This document shows positions 10,006 to 19,694 of a stretch of DNA of 61,267 bases, one piece after another. The notes under the pieces were generated by a model, which was given only the letters and a program-made list of their open reading frames with translations, made no database searches and had not been told where the DNA came from. How positions within the stretch are numbered: position 1 is the stretch's first letter; every line of letters starts with the position of its first letter. The position numbers were made by a program, and so were the translations under genes. Source of the DNA: a virus (Duplodnaviria > Caudoviricetes); the IMG/VR virus record IMGVR_UViG_3300018080_000191, positions 1 through 61,267 of that record, one strand, 5' to 3'.

Positions 10006-10259
10006 TAGCAATAAACGCGTACGTGCTCCCGAATGGTCGCTGGTATGCCGAAACAGCCCTGGGGTATATTGACAATATGGTATTTTACTCTGATGTAATT
10101 AAGGTTGGCGGAAGGGTGGAGTTTATGGGCTCGGTTTCGATGGAGGTTAATGCGGTTAGGACCATCGGGAATACCATGATCTGTACCATTCCAACGGAGT
10201 CAGAGGCCATAAAATATGTAGTTGGGGATATAAAACGTGAGGAGGGGCGAGATGGATAG
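9978..10259 (+). CDS. hypothetical protein
   Basis: Operon packing. Confidence 0.6.
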   Translation: MQNKKSATIVAINAYVLPNGRWYAETALGYIDNMVFYSDVIKVGGRVEFMGSVSMEVNAVRTIGNTMICTIPTESEAIKYVVGDIKREEGRDG

Positions 10260-10665
10260 GTTAAGAAAGGATGATTTTATATACATGTACTGGGTAATAT
10301 TGCCTGCAAACAGAGATATTAGGCCAGCCAGCACATTTTGGCTTGTAAGACGGCAAGATGAGCTGATTTTTCAGGGGATATACAACAACACGGATTATTT
10401 TTGGACGCATTTTCCCTACAGGAGTGTAGACCAGGTTGAGGCTATACAGCGAGCCATCGGTGCTATGGGGTTGAGGGAGATTCCCGTATATACGGACTAT
10501 AATCGCATGTCGGTTGAGTATCGCACGTTTCTCAAGGGGCAATTTGATATATTTGATGAAATGAGCGCGAAAAGGGAAGAGGAGTTGGCAAGGTTAAAAG
10601 AGAAAAAGGCACAATTGCAAGATAAACCAGTTAAGGAAGGAAAAGATGAGAGTATTGCAAACTAG
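10252..10665 (+). CDS. hypothetical protein
   Basis: GGAGGGG SD before ATG 10252. Confidence 0.7.
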   Translation: MDRLRKDDFIYMYWVILPANRDIRPASTFWLVRRQDELIFQGIYNNTDYFWTHFPYRSVDQVEAIQRAIGAMGLREIPVYTDYNRMSVEYRTFLKGQFDIFDEMSAKREEELARLKEKKAQLQDKPVKEGKDESIAN

Positions 10666-11158
10666 AAAAATTTTTGCACTAACGGCCGTGTTTTTGCTGG
10701 TTGGCATAGTGGGGCTTGAGCCAAAGTGTAGCAGCATGAAGGAAAAAGAAGCGTTAAAAATTGTTGCTGGTATCAGGTCGCAAGCAAATTGGGAAGCAAA
10801 ACAGCAGTTTGACAGGTTTGACAAGGTTTTGATGCCATATATGAAGGGCCAAGAGGCAAGCGACTTAAAAACGGTTTTGGTGGTTATTGTTGACAATTTC
10901 GGGTTACCATCGCTCTCGGGACATCAGAAATATTATACCGGATATAAAGGTGTTAGGAGCGATATTGGATATCCGCTAGAAGTGAAAGACTTGGTTGTGT
11001 GTGTATATTTGTTTTATTGGAATAAGGGTGGGGATGAAACTGGTAATTTAGATCCGTATTTTGGGATAATACGGTTAAGCACAAAATATGATTTATTGCT
11101 CTTGGTGTTTATCAATGATGAGATTTTGATAGTTCGTGATATTCAATGCATGAGATAG
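10646..11158 (+). CDS. putative exported protein or lipoprotein
   Basis: Basic N-terminus, hydrophobic stretch, then Cys. Confidence 0.6.
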   Translation: MRVLQTRKIFALTAVFLLVGIVGLEPKCSSMKEKEALKIVAGIRSQANWEAKQQFDRFDKVLMPYMKGQEASDLKTVLVVIVDNFGLPSLSGHQKYYTGYKGVRSDIGYPLEVKDLVVCVYLFYWNKGGDETGNLDPYFGIIRLSTKYDLLLLVFINDEILIVRDIQCMR

Positions 11159-11589
11159 CTATGATGTATTTTGATAACATAATAAGAGAGCTCGAGGAAA
11201 AGGAGTCAAAACTGCTCGAAATTAAAAATCCCCAGGACATACTAGCTGCAACGGTTGATGTTGATATGGAAATGCACAAACTGGCTTACAATATAAAGAT
11301 ATTGAGCCAGCTCAAGAGATTGGCGGGTGAAGAGGCGGTCCGGCTCGAGAGAGAGTATAACAAGAGAACCATGGAGAAGGCCAAGGAGCTGACAGAGGAG
11401 CAGCTCAAGGCAATGGGAATTGTTAGGTCGGACAGGTTTAAACTCATAAAGACGATGTTGTATGATGAATATGCGGATCTTGAGAATATGAGGGTTAAGG
11501 CAAAGTATTTTGGTGATATGCGTGATACCTACATTGAGTGGATTATGGTTTATAAAAAAACAAGGGGTATTGAAAACGATAGATGGTGA
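11146..11589 (+). CDS. helical coiled-coil hypothetical protein
   Basis: 147 aa, helical composition, operon packing. Confidence 0.65.
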   Translation: MHEIAMMYFDNIIRELEEKESKLLEIKNPQDILAATVDVDMEMHKLAYNIKILSQLKRLAGEEAVRLEREYNKRTMEKAKELTEEQLKAMGIVRSDRFKLIKTMLYDEYADLENMRVKAKYFGDMRDTYIEWIMVYKKTRGIENDRW

Positions 11590-11861
11590 GAATCGTAAAG
11601 ATAGAAAAAACGAGTAATTGCTATCCTGCGAGGTGGGAGGGGTATACTGACGATAATAGGCCGGTATATATTAGCTACAGACGCGGATATTTGCATGTTG
11701 TCGTTGGAAATCCCGGAGAAAGCTCTAAGTTTATGAGTATGCACAAGGTTTTTCGGCAAAAGATTGGCGAGATTTGTAATGGCTTTCTGAATTATGATCA
11801 GCTCAGGGAGCGTTGTTTTGGTTTTGCGATTTTTCCGGATCGAGAAATAAAAAAGGTTTGA
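11583..11861 (+). CDS. hypothetical phage protein
   Basis: CYPARWEG...YISYRRGYL; operon packing. Confidence 0.65.
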   Translation: MVRIVKIEKTSNCYPARWEGYTDDNRPVYISYRRGYLHVVVGNPGESSKFMSMHKVFRQKIGEICNGFLNYDQLRERCFGFAIFPDREIKKV

Positions 11862-11892
11862 AAAAACCATAGAGGGGGAATAAAAAACAGGT

Positions 11893-12573
11893 ATGATTAT
11901 TGACAGGAAACATGTTGATCCTACCTGGAGATTTATAACACACAATGGTGTTCCGATTAAAGAATATGATGCCTACGGATTTTTTGAGGGATTGCGATAT
12001 TATTGGGGAAAATCGGCCAGCATCAATCTTGATTATTATGTTGAGAGAAATGGTCGCCGTTATCGGGAGGACGAGGACCAGGGGCATAGGTGTTTTTTCT
12101 ATAGATTTGAAAATGAGAAACGGGACGGCTTTAACAAATGCTTTTATCATTCTTACGGCAGGTTGACGTTTGGTTGCAAGAGGATACCGGTTTTTGATAC
12201 ATATTTGAGCTGGAGAAGGGAACACGTACTGCAATTTATTATAGAAAGGGGAGAGGTGTTTTGGTTCCAGTGTGGGGTTGCAATAAAGGGGAAGTGGTAT
12301 ATCGATAAGGAGATACTGAAGGATATCGCCAGGGAGACATCGGGGGATTGTCGGAGCTGTCCCATATTTTACGAGAGCGAGGTACTTGATATCATAGATG
12401 AATTACCGCAGGTGACGCAGATCGAGAACAATCCCTTTTTCGAGTTCGTAAGAATTAACCAGATAGCAGATAGGCCGTTGCTGCAGTATTTTGAGGATAG
12501 GAAGATCAGCCCCACATATATGGTATTGAGGAGATTTAAAAATAGATATCGGATGTGTGATATTGGATTATAA
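11893..12573 (+). CDS. hypothetical protein
   Basis: 226 aa ORF, aromatic-rich. Confidence 0.65.
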   Translation: MIIDRKHVDPTWRFITHNGVPIKEYDAYGFFEGLRYYWGKSASINLDYYVERNGRRYREDEDQGHRCFFYRFENEKRDGFNKCFYHSYGRLTFGCKRIPVFDTYLSWRREHVLQFIIERGEVFWFQCGVAIKGKWYIDKEILKDIARETSGDCRSCPIFYESEVLDIIDELPQVTQIENNPFFEFVRINQIADRPLLQYFEDRKISPTYMVLRRFKNRYRMCDIGL

Positions 12574-12574
12574 A

Positions 12575-13468
12575 ATGGGATTTAAAAAATATCAACATAT
12601 TGAACGATTCGGAACCGACGAGGTTGAGGGAATAGAATTAGGCGAATGTTATGTATTCCCAAAAATTGACGGTTCAAATGGTAGTGTGTGGCAAAACGAT
12701 TATGGTTCGGTTTGTGCTGGTTCCAGAAATAGGGAATTATCTCTCGATAACGATAATGCTGGATTTATGGAATACGCCATTAAACATGAAGGCATTAAGC
12801 AATATCTACGGCGTCACCCAAACCGTAGACTTTATGGCGAATGGCTTGTGCCTCACAGTTTAAAAACATATCGAGAAGATGCATGGCGAAAATTTTATGT
12901 ATTCGACATTCAGGATGAGGAAGATAACTATATCCCATACGATGTCTATAAAGAAGAGCTTGATAAATGCGGGGTTGACTACATTGTCTTACTTGCGAAA
13001 ATCAAAAATGGTTCTTATGAGCAGTTTATTCACCAACTGCAAAATAATGTGTTTCTCGTCGAGGACGGCAAAGGAGTGGGCGAGGGTATAGTAATTAAAA
13101 ACTATGGTTTTTATAATCGTTTTAACCGCCAGACATGGGCAAAGATAGTCACTTCTGAATTTAAGGAAAAAGCCCATAAAGAGATGGGAGCACCGGAAAT
13201 CGCTGGGAAGAGGATGGTAGAGGAGGAATTTATTGAGGAATATTGCACACATGCATTGATAGAAAAAGTTTATCAAGGAATTGTTTCTGAATGTAACGGA
13301 TGGAGGAGCCAATACATACCTAGGCTTTTAAGTACCGTGTTTCACGATATGGTGACTGAGGAAACCTGGCACTTTATTAAAAAGAATAAGAATCCTGTTA
13401 TTAACTTTAAAACGCTTAATCATCTTCTTGTAAGCAAAGTTAAAAATGTGAAGTGCGAACTGTTTTGA
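12575..13468 (+). CDS. ATP-dependent RNA ligase, Rnl2-like
   Basis: Motif I KIDGSN, then SRNREL, LYGEW, FYVFDI, motif IV GEGIVIK and motif V WAKIV. Confidence 0.88.
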   Translation: MGFKKYQHIERFGTDEVEGIELGECYVFPKIDGSNGSVWQNDYGSVCAGSRNRELSLDNDNAGFMEYAIKHEGIKQYLRRHPNRRLYGEWLVPHSLKTYREDAWRKFYVFDIQDEEDNYIPYDVYKEELDKCGVDYIVLLAKIKNGSYEQFIHQLQNNVFLVEDGKGVGEGIVIKNYGFYNRFNRQTWAKIVTSEFKEKAHKEMGAPEIAGKRMVEEEFIEEYCTHALIEKVYQGIVSECNGWRSQYIPRLLSTVFHDMVTEETWHFIKKNKNPVINFKTLNHLLVSKVKNVKCELF

Positions 13469-13491
13469 TTTGTAAAAATGTTGGAGGCTTT

Positions 13492-13625
13492 ATGAAGTAT
13501 GCACAGAATACAAGCGTTTCAGCAGATCGCTCTCGGGACGAAAGCGAGAGGATCTTGATGCGGTATGGGGCCACGCGGAGATGTATAGCACGGGGAAAAG
13601 CATACCCTTATTGCCTATGTCATAA
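13492..13625 (+). pseudogene. internally deleted, frameshifted remnant of a phage protein
   Basis: GGAGG SD; N-terminus MKYAQNTSVSADRSRDESERILMRYGA abuts EMYSTGKSIPLLPMS* in another frame, resembling the two ends of a longer phage family. Confidence 0.45.
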
Positions 13626-13628
13626 GAG

Positions 13629-14420
13629 ATGGGAATACCAAAAGATATATTGAGAGAGCATAGTTATTTGGATAAGCACTCCATTCTGATTGGATATCGA
13701 GGATCGGTGGCTCATGGCATGTATATTCCTAACTCCGATCCGGATTCTATTGACGATATTGACGTTATGGCCGTGGTCGTGATGCCGATAGATTATTATT
13801 TCGGCTTGAAACAGTTTGGCTCTCGGGGTACGAAAGAACATTTTATCCGGGAGTGGGATATTGTTGCGTATGAGCTGAAAAAATATATCAGCCTCCTGGT
13901 AAAGGCGAATCCAAACGTATTAAGCTTGTTGTGGTTGGAAGATTGTCACTATTTGAAAAGGACTGCAGAAGGCCAGTATTTGATTGATAACAGGAGTATT
14001 TTTGCTACAAAACAGGCGTATCATTCATTTACGGGGTATGCGTATGGCCAGCTCAAAAGGATGACCAATTTCAGTTTTGAGGGCTATATGGGGGAGAAGA
14101 GAAGGGCCCTGGTTGAGAAGTATGGCTATGATGTGAAAAATGCAGCTCACCTGATCCGGCTGCTCCGGATGGGGATTGAGTTTCTGAATGAGGGGGAGTT
14201 GTATGTATTGAGAAAAGATGCCCCACTATTGCTAGGAATTAAGACAGGGGGGCGGTCTCTCGATGAGGGAAAGAGGGAGGCAGAAAGACTCGTTAAGAGG
14301 ACCGAGGATGCTTACGATAGGTCTAAGCTGCCTAATCGGCCTGACATGAAAAAAGTAAACGATTTATGTGTGAATCTTTTGTCTGAAGGATTGGGGGTAA
14401 AACATGGGCAATGTATTTGA
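13629..14420 (+). CDS. Pol-beta nucleotidyltransferase, RlaP/YcgL-like
   Basis: GYRGSVAHG...DDIDV, KANPNVL, YDVKNAAHLIRLL motifs. Confidence 0.88.
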   Translation: MGIPKDILREHSYLDKHSILIGYRGSVAHGMYIPNSDPDSIDDIDVMAVVVMPIDYYFGLKQFGSRGTKEHFIREWDIVAYELKKYISLLVKANPNVLSLLWLEDCHYLKRTAEGQYLIDNRSIFATKQAYHSFTGYAYGQLKRMTNFSFEGYMGEKRRALVEKYGYDVKNAAHLIRLLRMGIEFLNEGELYVLRKDAPLLLGIKTGGRSLDEGKREAERLVKRTEDAYDRSKLPNRPDMKKVNDLCVNLLSEGLGVKHGQCI

Positions 14421-14474
14421 TAATGTGACTGAGGAAGAGCTAACCTGAGCTCTGATCTAAGGACATAAGGACAG

Positions 14475-15371
14475 TTGAAGATCTTAATAATAAACATCGA
14501 CAGTAAAATCCCGAATTATGCTTTAAAGAAAATTGAGGCATATCACCGGGATCGGAAAGATGAAGTTATCTGGGACTTTCCGCTTGCGAAATACAGCGTG
14601 GACAGGATCTACGTTTCTTGTATTTTCGCCAAGAATAAAGCTTTGTGTAATGAATATGAGATTATGGATAACGCCTTTATTGGTGGAAGTGGCTATGATT
14701 TGGATACCAACCTCCCGGATGATATTGAATCTGTGAAACCCAGGATAAACCTTGGGTTTACGACTCGTGGCTGTATAAGAAAATGCGGATTTTGCGTTGT
14801 CCCCCGAAAAGAGGGTAATATAAGAGTTGTTGGTGACTTATTGGATTTATGGGATGGTCTGGCAAAAAAGATTGTGTTGTTGGATAACAACATACTTGCT
14901 ATGCCAGAGCATTTTCGTTTGATATGTAAGCAGGCTCGGGATAATAAGATAGCTTTGGATTTTAACCAGGGCCTGGATCACCGCCTGATTGACGATGGTG
15001 TTGCAAAGGAGCTGAAATCGGTATCGCACGAGTTTTATCGACTAGCCTTTGATCACCCATCTTATTTTAAGAATGTAGAGAAAGCTATCGATATTCTTCA
15101 TGCCCATGGACTGATATATAATATCTGGTATGTTTTGGTTGGTTATGATGCCACCATTGAAGAAGATTTATTCAGATTGAACTATTTGAGAAATAGGAGG
15201 GAGAGAGTATTTCTTCAGAGATATAGGCATGATCCTATTTACGTTCCTATGGCACAGTGGGCTAATAACCGGAGCTGGTTTTCGAAAATGACATTTGATT
15301 ATTTTATCAGGAATCATTCGAAAGGCGTGAGATATAAGGAACTCTATCGAGATATTTTGAAAATTGCGTGA
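14475..15371 (+). CDS. radical SAM protein
   Basis: TTRGCIRKCGFC CxxxCxxC motif, LLDNNIL, FNQGLD. Confidence 0.9.
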   Translation: MKILIINIDSKIPNYALKKIEAYHRDRKDEVIWDFPLAKYSVDRIYVSCIFAKNKALCNEYEIMDNAFIGGSGYDLDTNLPDDIESVKPRINLGFTTRGCIRKCGFCVVPRKEGNIRVVGDLLDLWDGLAKKIVLLDNNILAMPEHFRLICKQARDNKIALDFNQGLDHRLIDDGVAKELKSVSHEFYRLAFDHPSYFKNVEKAIDILHAHGLIYNIWYVLVGYDATIEEDLFRLNYLRNRRERVFLQRYRHDPIYVPMAQWANNRSWFSKMTFDYFIRNHSKGVRYKELYRDILKIA

Positions 15372-17398
15372 TGAATCCATATATCGACATAAAAGAAGAG
15401 AACGATATTAAGTATCTGGATGATTTGGCGACAGATATCACTCATTACGTGTCGCAGCTCATTTTGAATGTTTATAACGGTGTTGCCGAGAATGTCGGTG
15501 TTCCGGATCCGGATAAACTTGCGGTTCAACCTCCCAGAAAACTTAAAAAGGCTACCAGCCCGGATATACGGATATATTGCGACATGGATGGTGTACTGAC
15601 CGATTGCGAAGGGCATTTTTATGCCCATACGAGAGTGCGGATGCGTGAGTACGAGCTGGAGTTTGGCGAAGATGCGATGTGGGAGAGGGTAAACAAGATA
15701 GGTCATTTTTGGCTTGATATGCCGTGGACGCCAGAGGGTAAAAAACTATGGGGCCATATCAAAGATTATAATCCGATTTTATTGACCGCTCCAGCGAAGG
15801 GGGTAGATGACTGCCGGCAGGATAAGATTGAGTGGGCAAGGAGAGAGCTTGGACCAGATGTTAAAGTGATTTTCTCGCATAATAAATACAGGTATGCTGA
15901 CGGGAAATCGATCTTGATTGATGATTTTAACTCTAATATTAAGAACTGGCAAATGGCCGATGGGATAGGTATTAGACATAATTCTGCTGCCGAAACCATA
16001 TCGATGCTTGAGGAAAAACTGAACGATATGGTAACGGTTTCGAACCATTCGGGAACGGTTCCGAATGATTCGGGAATGATTCTAAAGGGTTTCCTCTCGG
16101 GTCTGAAAGATGTGGCGAAAAAGATTATCAGGTTTGTTGGGCGTAGGCGGAAAATGGAACCGTTCAAGATTAAGGACATGGTATTATATAAACGTGGAAA
16201 ACCGCTTACACAGGCTCAGTGGGATCGGTTTGAAAAGCGTGTAATAGATTATTTGAAGCCGTATTTACTTGATATCAATGAAGAGATGGCCGTGAAGGGG
16301 GTGCTCCTGGCGATGGTATCGGCAGAGGCCGAGGAGCAGCAAAAGCAGGTAAAGGAATATGGCAAAAAGAGCCTTGAACAGGTAGAAAATGAGCAGTTCA
16401 GGGGGTATATTCCGGATGACATCAGGACAGCCAGGGAAAGGCTGAAGATAGGCCGAGATACAGAAAAATCGATGGTTATGGCGTATGATAGGGCTGCAGC
16501 GTATGTGCAAAAGGTTAGCGATGATGTGAGGACGGCGATAAAGCAGCAGGTTATAAATGCTCACAGGCTCGGGAAAACACCGCAGCAGCTCGCATCGGAT
16601 CTGTATTGGATGAAGGATGAAGTTCCGGAGATGAAACAGTATACGGCTCAACACCTCCTCAGGGATTGGCACAGGGTAGCGGTAACGGAACTGCAGCATA
16701 TTCACAACATGGGGAAATTCGGGAAAACAGAGCACCAGGCCCGGGAGAGCCTGGAGAAACCCGAGCTTGCTGTTTATTTCGTTTTTTCCAGGGGAACCTG
16801 CGAATGGTGTCGAGCTCACCATGGTACGATAGTGCGACAGATACCCATGGATGCAGTGGGGAGCGAGGTCGATGATAGCTTATCGAGCCGGGGCATAAGG
16901 GATCCGTATACCGATATCGCGGTTTGGCAGGGAAAGAATAATGTAGGATACAGGAAGGCAAGCTGGCGGGTGTGTGTACCAGCTCACCCCTGGAATACCG
17001 CGAACTTGGTGAGAATACATCCTGATGCCCAGGAGTACGATAAAAGGACGCATCAGATTAAATTTAAGGATGAACAGGGTCTTGAGAAGTATTTACCTGA
17101 GGGATTCAGGGGGGATCTGGAAGCTGCAAGGAAAAGAAACCTGGAGCGAAAAGAGAGGGCTGTAGCGGACACCAGAGAGGGGGTTCACAAGAAGTGGAGT
17201 AAATATTTTGACGAGAAGGGCGAGCTCAAAGGTACTGACGAAAAGGGTCGTCCTCTGGCGGAGCGCGAGGGTAGGGTATATGTTGGTGTTCCCCAGGAAG
17301 AGGTGGGGAAAGAGCTCGAGGCCTGGAGGGCTGACAGCTCGAGGCCGATTCCGATAGGGACCGGGCAGAAAAACTATACTAGACTGTTTGGGGGGTAA
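15368..17398 (+). CDS. MuF-like head morphogenesis protein with inserted HAD 5'(3')-deoxyribonucleotidase-like domain
   Basis: HAD motifs IYCDMDGVLTD...LTAP...K...LIDD at ~15565-16020; MuF RDWHRVAVTE...CEWC...PAHPW in the C-terminal half. Confidence 0.8.
   Translation: MMNPYIDIKEENDIKYLDDLATDITHYVSQLILNVYNGVAENVGVPDPDKLAVQPPRKLKKATSPDIRIYCDMDGVLTDCEGHFYAHTRVRMREYELEFGEDAMWERVNKIGHFWLDMPWTPEGKKLWGHIKDYNPILLTAPAKGVDDCRQDKIEWARRELGPDVKVIFSHNKYRYADGKSILIDDFNSNIKNWQMADGIGIRHNSAAETISMLEEKLNDMVTVSNHSGTVPNDSGMILKGFLSGLKDVAKKIIRFVGRRRKMEPFKIKDMVLYKRGKPLTQAQWDRFEKRVIDYLKPYLLDINEEMAVKGVLLAMVSAEAEEQQKQVKEYGKKSLEQVENEQFRGYIPDDIRTARERLKIGRDTEKSMVMAYDRAAAYVQKVSDDVRTAIKQQVINAHRLGKTPQQLASDLYWMKDEVPEMKQYTAQHLLRDWHRVAVTELQHIHNMGKFGKTEHQARESLEKPELAVYFVFSRGTCEWCRAHHGTIVRQIPMDAVGSEVDDSLSSRGIRDPYTDIAVWQGKNNVGYRKASWRVCVPAHPWNTANLVRIHPDAQEYDKRTHQIKFKDEQGLEKYLPEGFRGDLEAARKRNLERKERAVADTREGVHKKWSKYFDEKGELKGTDEKGRPLAEREGRVYVGVPQEEVGKELEAWRADSSRPIPIGTGQKNYTRLFGG
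16021..16082. repeat. helically phased GAA-N3-TTC-like array inside the MuF gene
   Basis: Units start at 16021, 16032, 16042, 16053, 16063 and 16074 (spacing 11/10/11/10/11). Confidence 0.7.
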
Positions 17399-17400
17399 AA

Positions 17401-17574
17401 ATGTTTTATTTAGGGATAGCTTTATTGATGTTGTTTTCAACTGCCACCCTCTATAACCTAAAGATGGCGTTAAGCGAGGATGAGGTAGAGGATAGGGTTT
17501 TGCGTTTTCTGGGGGTAATTGTTACGGGGCTTGTGTCGTTTTATGTAGCCCATACATTAGGGTTTTTGGGGTGA
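17401..17574 (+). CDS. small two-TM membrane protein (57 aa, not in ORF track)
   Basis: GGGGG SD; two hydrophobic segments. Confidence 0.5.
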   Translation: MFYLGIALLMLFSTATLYNLKMALSEDEVEDRVLRFLGVIVTGLVSFYVAHTLGFLG

Positions 17575-17595
17575 TAAGATAGGGGGGGTATTCGG

Positions 17596-17919
17596 ATGAA
17601 AATAGCAATAATCGGGACAACGGCATACCAGAACAGGATGACCGAACATGCCCAGAACTTGCTGAAAGAGGGGCACGAGGTCAAGATGCCTGCGTTTGAT
17701 AGTATAGAGGGAGATGAGTATGCCATCTGCAAATACAACAGGAGCGCGATAGAATGGAGCGATAGGGTCCATGTTCTCTGGGATGCGCGGAGTGTGGGTA
17801 CTATATTTGACCTGGGGATGTGTTTTGCGATGAGGAAGCCGATAGACGTAATATTTATGCAGCCGAAAAGGTTTCCTAATTTTGTGGAGCAATATGAAGA
17901 GCGGGGGAGTGATGGATAA
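17596..17919 (+). CDS. nucleoside 2-deoxyribosyltransferase-like protein
   Basis: AIEWSDRVHVLWD..SVGTIFDLGMCFAMRKPI pattern. Confidence 0.7.
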   Translation: MKIAIIGTTAYQNRMTEHAQNLLKEGHEVKMPAFDSIEGDEYAICKYNRSAIEWSDRVHVLWDARSVGTIFDLGMCFAMRKPIDVIFMQPKRFPNFVEQYEERGSDG

Positions 17920-18008
17920 CGGGGAACTGTTAGGTGAGGCAATTATAAATTAAGGGGGTCGTAAAGTGAAAACAATTTCAGGGAACACCAAGATGGTGGA
18001 GTAAGGCA

Positions 18009-18674
18009 GTGATGAGTAAGATTGAATGGTGTGACATGACCTGGAACCCGGTTTGGGGTTGTAAAAACAATTGCCCGTATTGCTATGCCAGGAAGATAGC
18101 GAAGCGGTTTGGCACAACGCCAGAGATGAGAAATTTTGAGCTGACGTGGATGGAGAAAAACTATACCAAGAGGTTTCCTGCGAAGCCGAAGCGCATTTTT
18201 GTCAATTCGATGTCGGATATTTATTTCTGGGAACATGGCTGGGTCGAGCGGGTTTTTGAGAGAATAGTTGATTACCCGCAACACGTATTTATGTTTCTTA
18301 CGAAGTTTCCGGAGTCTTATGGAATATGGAGTCAGCTTATATTTCCCGAGAACTGCTGGCTCGGGATAACGTGTACAACGTTTGAGAGGCTTGTCGAGGT
18401 GGTGCTGGATATGAATCATATCGCCAGGGGGAACACTTTTTTTATTTCAGCGGAACCATTACAGAATGACATCGGAAATGAGATAGGTCGTGTTGGTATC
18501 AGAGAAAACTTTGATTGGCTTATTGTTGGTGCCGAAACAGGCAACAGGAAAGGGAAAACAATCCCGCAGCGGGAGTGGATCGAGGAACTGGTGGACATTG
18601 ATATTCCCCTATTTATGAAGGATAATCTTCGCCCGTATTGGGATGGGAAATTTCGCCAGGAGTGGCCGGGATAA
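18009..18674 (+). CDS. DUF5131 (Gp37/Gp68) radical-SAM-like protein
   Basis: SKIEWCDMTWNPVWGCKNNCPYCYA, FVNSMSD, FLTK, SAEPL, WLIVGAETG motifs. Confidence 0.92.
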   Translation: MMSKIEWCDMTWNPVWGCKNNCPYCYARKIAKRFGTTPEMRNFELTWMEKNYTKRFPAKPKRIFVNSMSDIYFWEHGWVERVFERIVDYPQHVFMFLTKFPESYGIWSQLIFPENCWLGITCTTFERLVEVVLDMNHIARGNTFFISAEPLQNDIGNEIGRVGIRENFDWLIVGAETGNRKGKTIPQREWIEELVDIDIPLFMKDNLRPYWDGKFRQEWPG

Positions 18675-18694
18675 GTAAGTCGATAGGGGGTGAT

Positions 18695-18940
18695 ATGAGT
18701 AAATGGATAAGTGTTAAAGATAGGTTGCCGGAATTTGAAGAGGATGTATTGATACATTATATACTTCAGGGTGGCGATCGAGTATTACATTGTTATGATG
18801 TAGGTTATTTGCAAGCAATAACTGAACGGAAATCCACTGATGGGAGTACCTATATAACGGAGTGGTGGAGTCAGTCCCGCTCGGCACACGAGCCTACCCA
18901 CTGGATGCCATTGCCCGATCCACCGAAGGAGGGGATATGA
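18695..18940 (+). CDS. DUF551-family protein
   Basis: MSKWISVKDRLPE...THWMPLPDPP. Confidence 0.88.
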   Translation: MSKWISVKDRLPEFEEDVLIHYILQGGDRVLHCYDVGYLQAITERKSTDGSTYITEWWSQSRSAHEPTHWMPLPDPPKEGI

Positions 18941-19245
18941 CGAATAAACAAGCACAAAAAAGGGCGTTAAAAAATTATGAGGGATTGATTCGCTGTTTGG
19001 AGACGTTTCCAAAACGAGCAAAAATACATTCCGAGTCAGATATGTTAATGGAGTTATGGAGTGTTTTTATTTATCCCTGCTCATATTGTAAAAAATACAA
19101 ACACTACTGTGTAGAGTGTGTGTTGAAGGTTGATGGTGGTTGTTGTGGTGGTTTGTTTGAATCCATGACAAGTGCTGAAACTTATGGACAGGCATTAAAA
19201 TATGCCAAAGCAATCCATAAGTTCATTCAGGAGAAAGGGATATGA
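18937..19245 (+). CDS. Cys-rich hypothetical protein
   Basis: GGAGG SD; CSYC, CVEC and CC motifs. Confidence 0.65.
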   Translation: MTNKQAQKRALKNYEGLIRCLETFPKRAKIHSESDMLMELWSVFIYPCSYCKKYKHYCVECVLKVDGGCCGGLFESMTSAETYGQALKYAKAIHKFIQEKGI

Positions 19246-19279
19246 GACGGACAATATAGTATTTATTGGGTAAGGGGAT

Positions 19280-19597
19280 ATGGGAACATCACCACAGAAC
19301 GACCGAATGGAGATACAAGAGAAGTATAAGATAGCTGGCTTATGGGTTCCCGTTTTAGTTGTTGATGCAACAATACTGGGGGATGACCGAGGGAGATTGC
19401 AAACGATAAATGGAGAATTAACCATATTGTTGGCTGATAACATGGGAGGCCAGATGCGCGAAACAACGCTGATACACGAGATTTTTGAGGCTATTAACTT
19501 CTTGTTTGAAATAGATCTTGAGCATAATAAAATAAGTACGCTCGAGGCAGCGTGGTATCAGGTTTTGAAAGATAATTTTCTCTTAAAGAGTAGATAA
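19280..19597 (+). CDS. zincin-like small protein
   Basis: ETTLIHEIFEAI (HExxE variant of HExxH). Confidence 0.6.
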   Translation: MGTSPQNDRMEIQEKYKIAGLWVPVLVVDATILGDDRGRLQTINGELTILLADNMGGQMRETTLIHEIFEAINFLFEIDLEHNKISTLEAAWYQVLKDNFLLKSR

Positions 19598-19694
19598 AGG
19601 GTGGAGTAGGGATTATGGGATAGAGAAGAGAGGGTAAACCGCCAGCGGAATTGAATATGGAATTGAAAGCGAGAATTGCGGAATTAGAAAGTGG

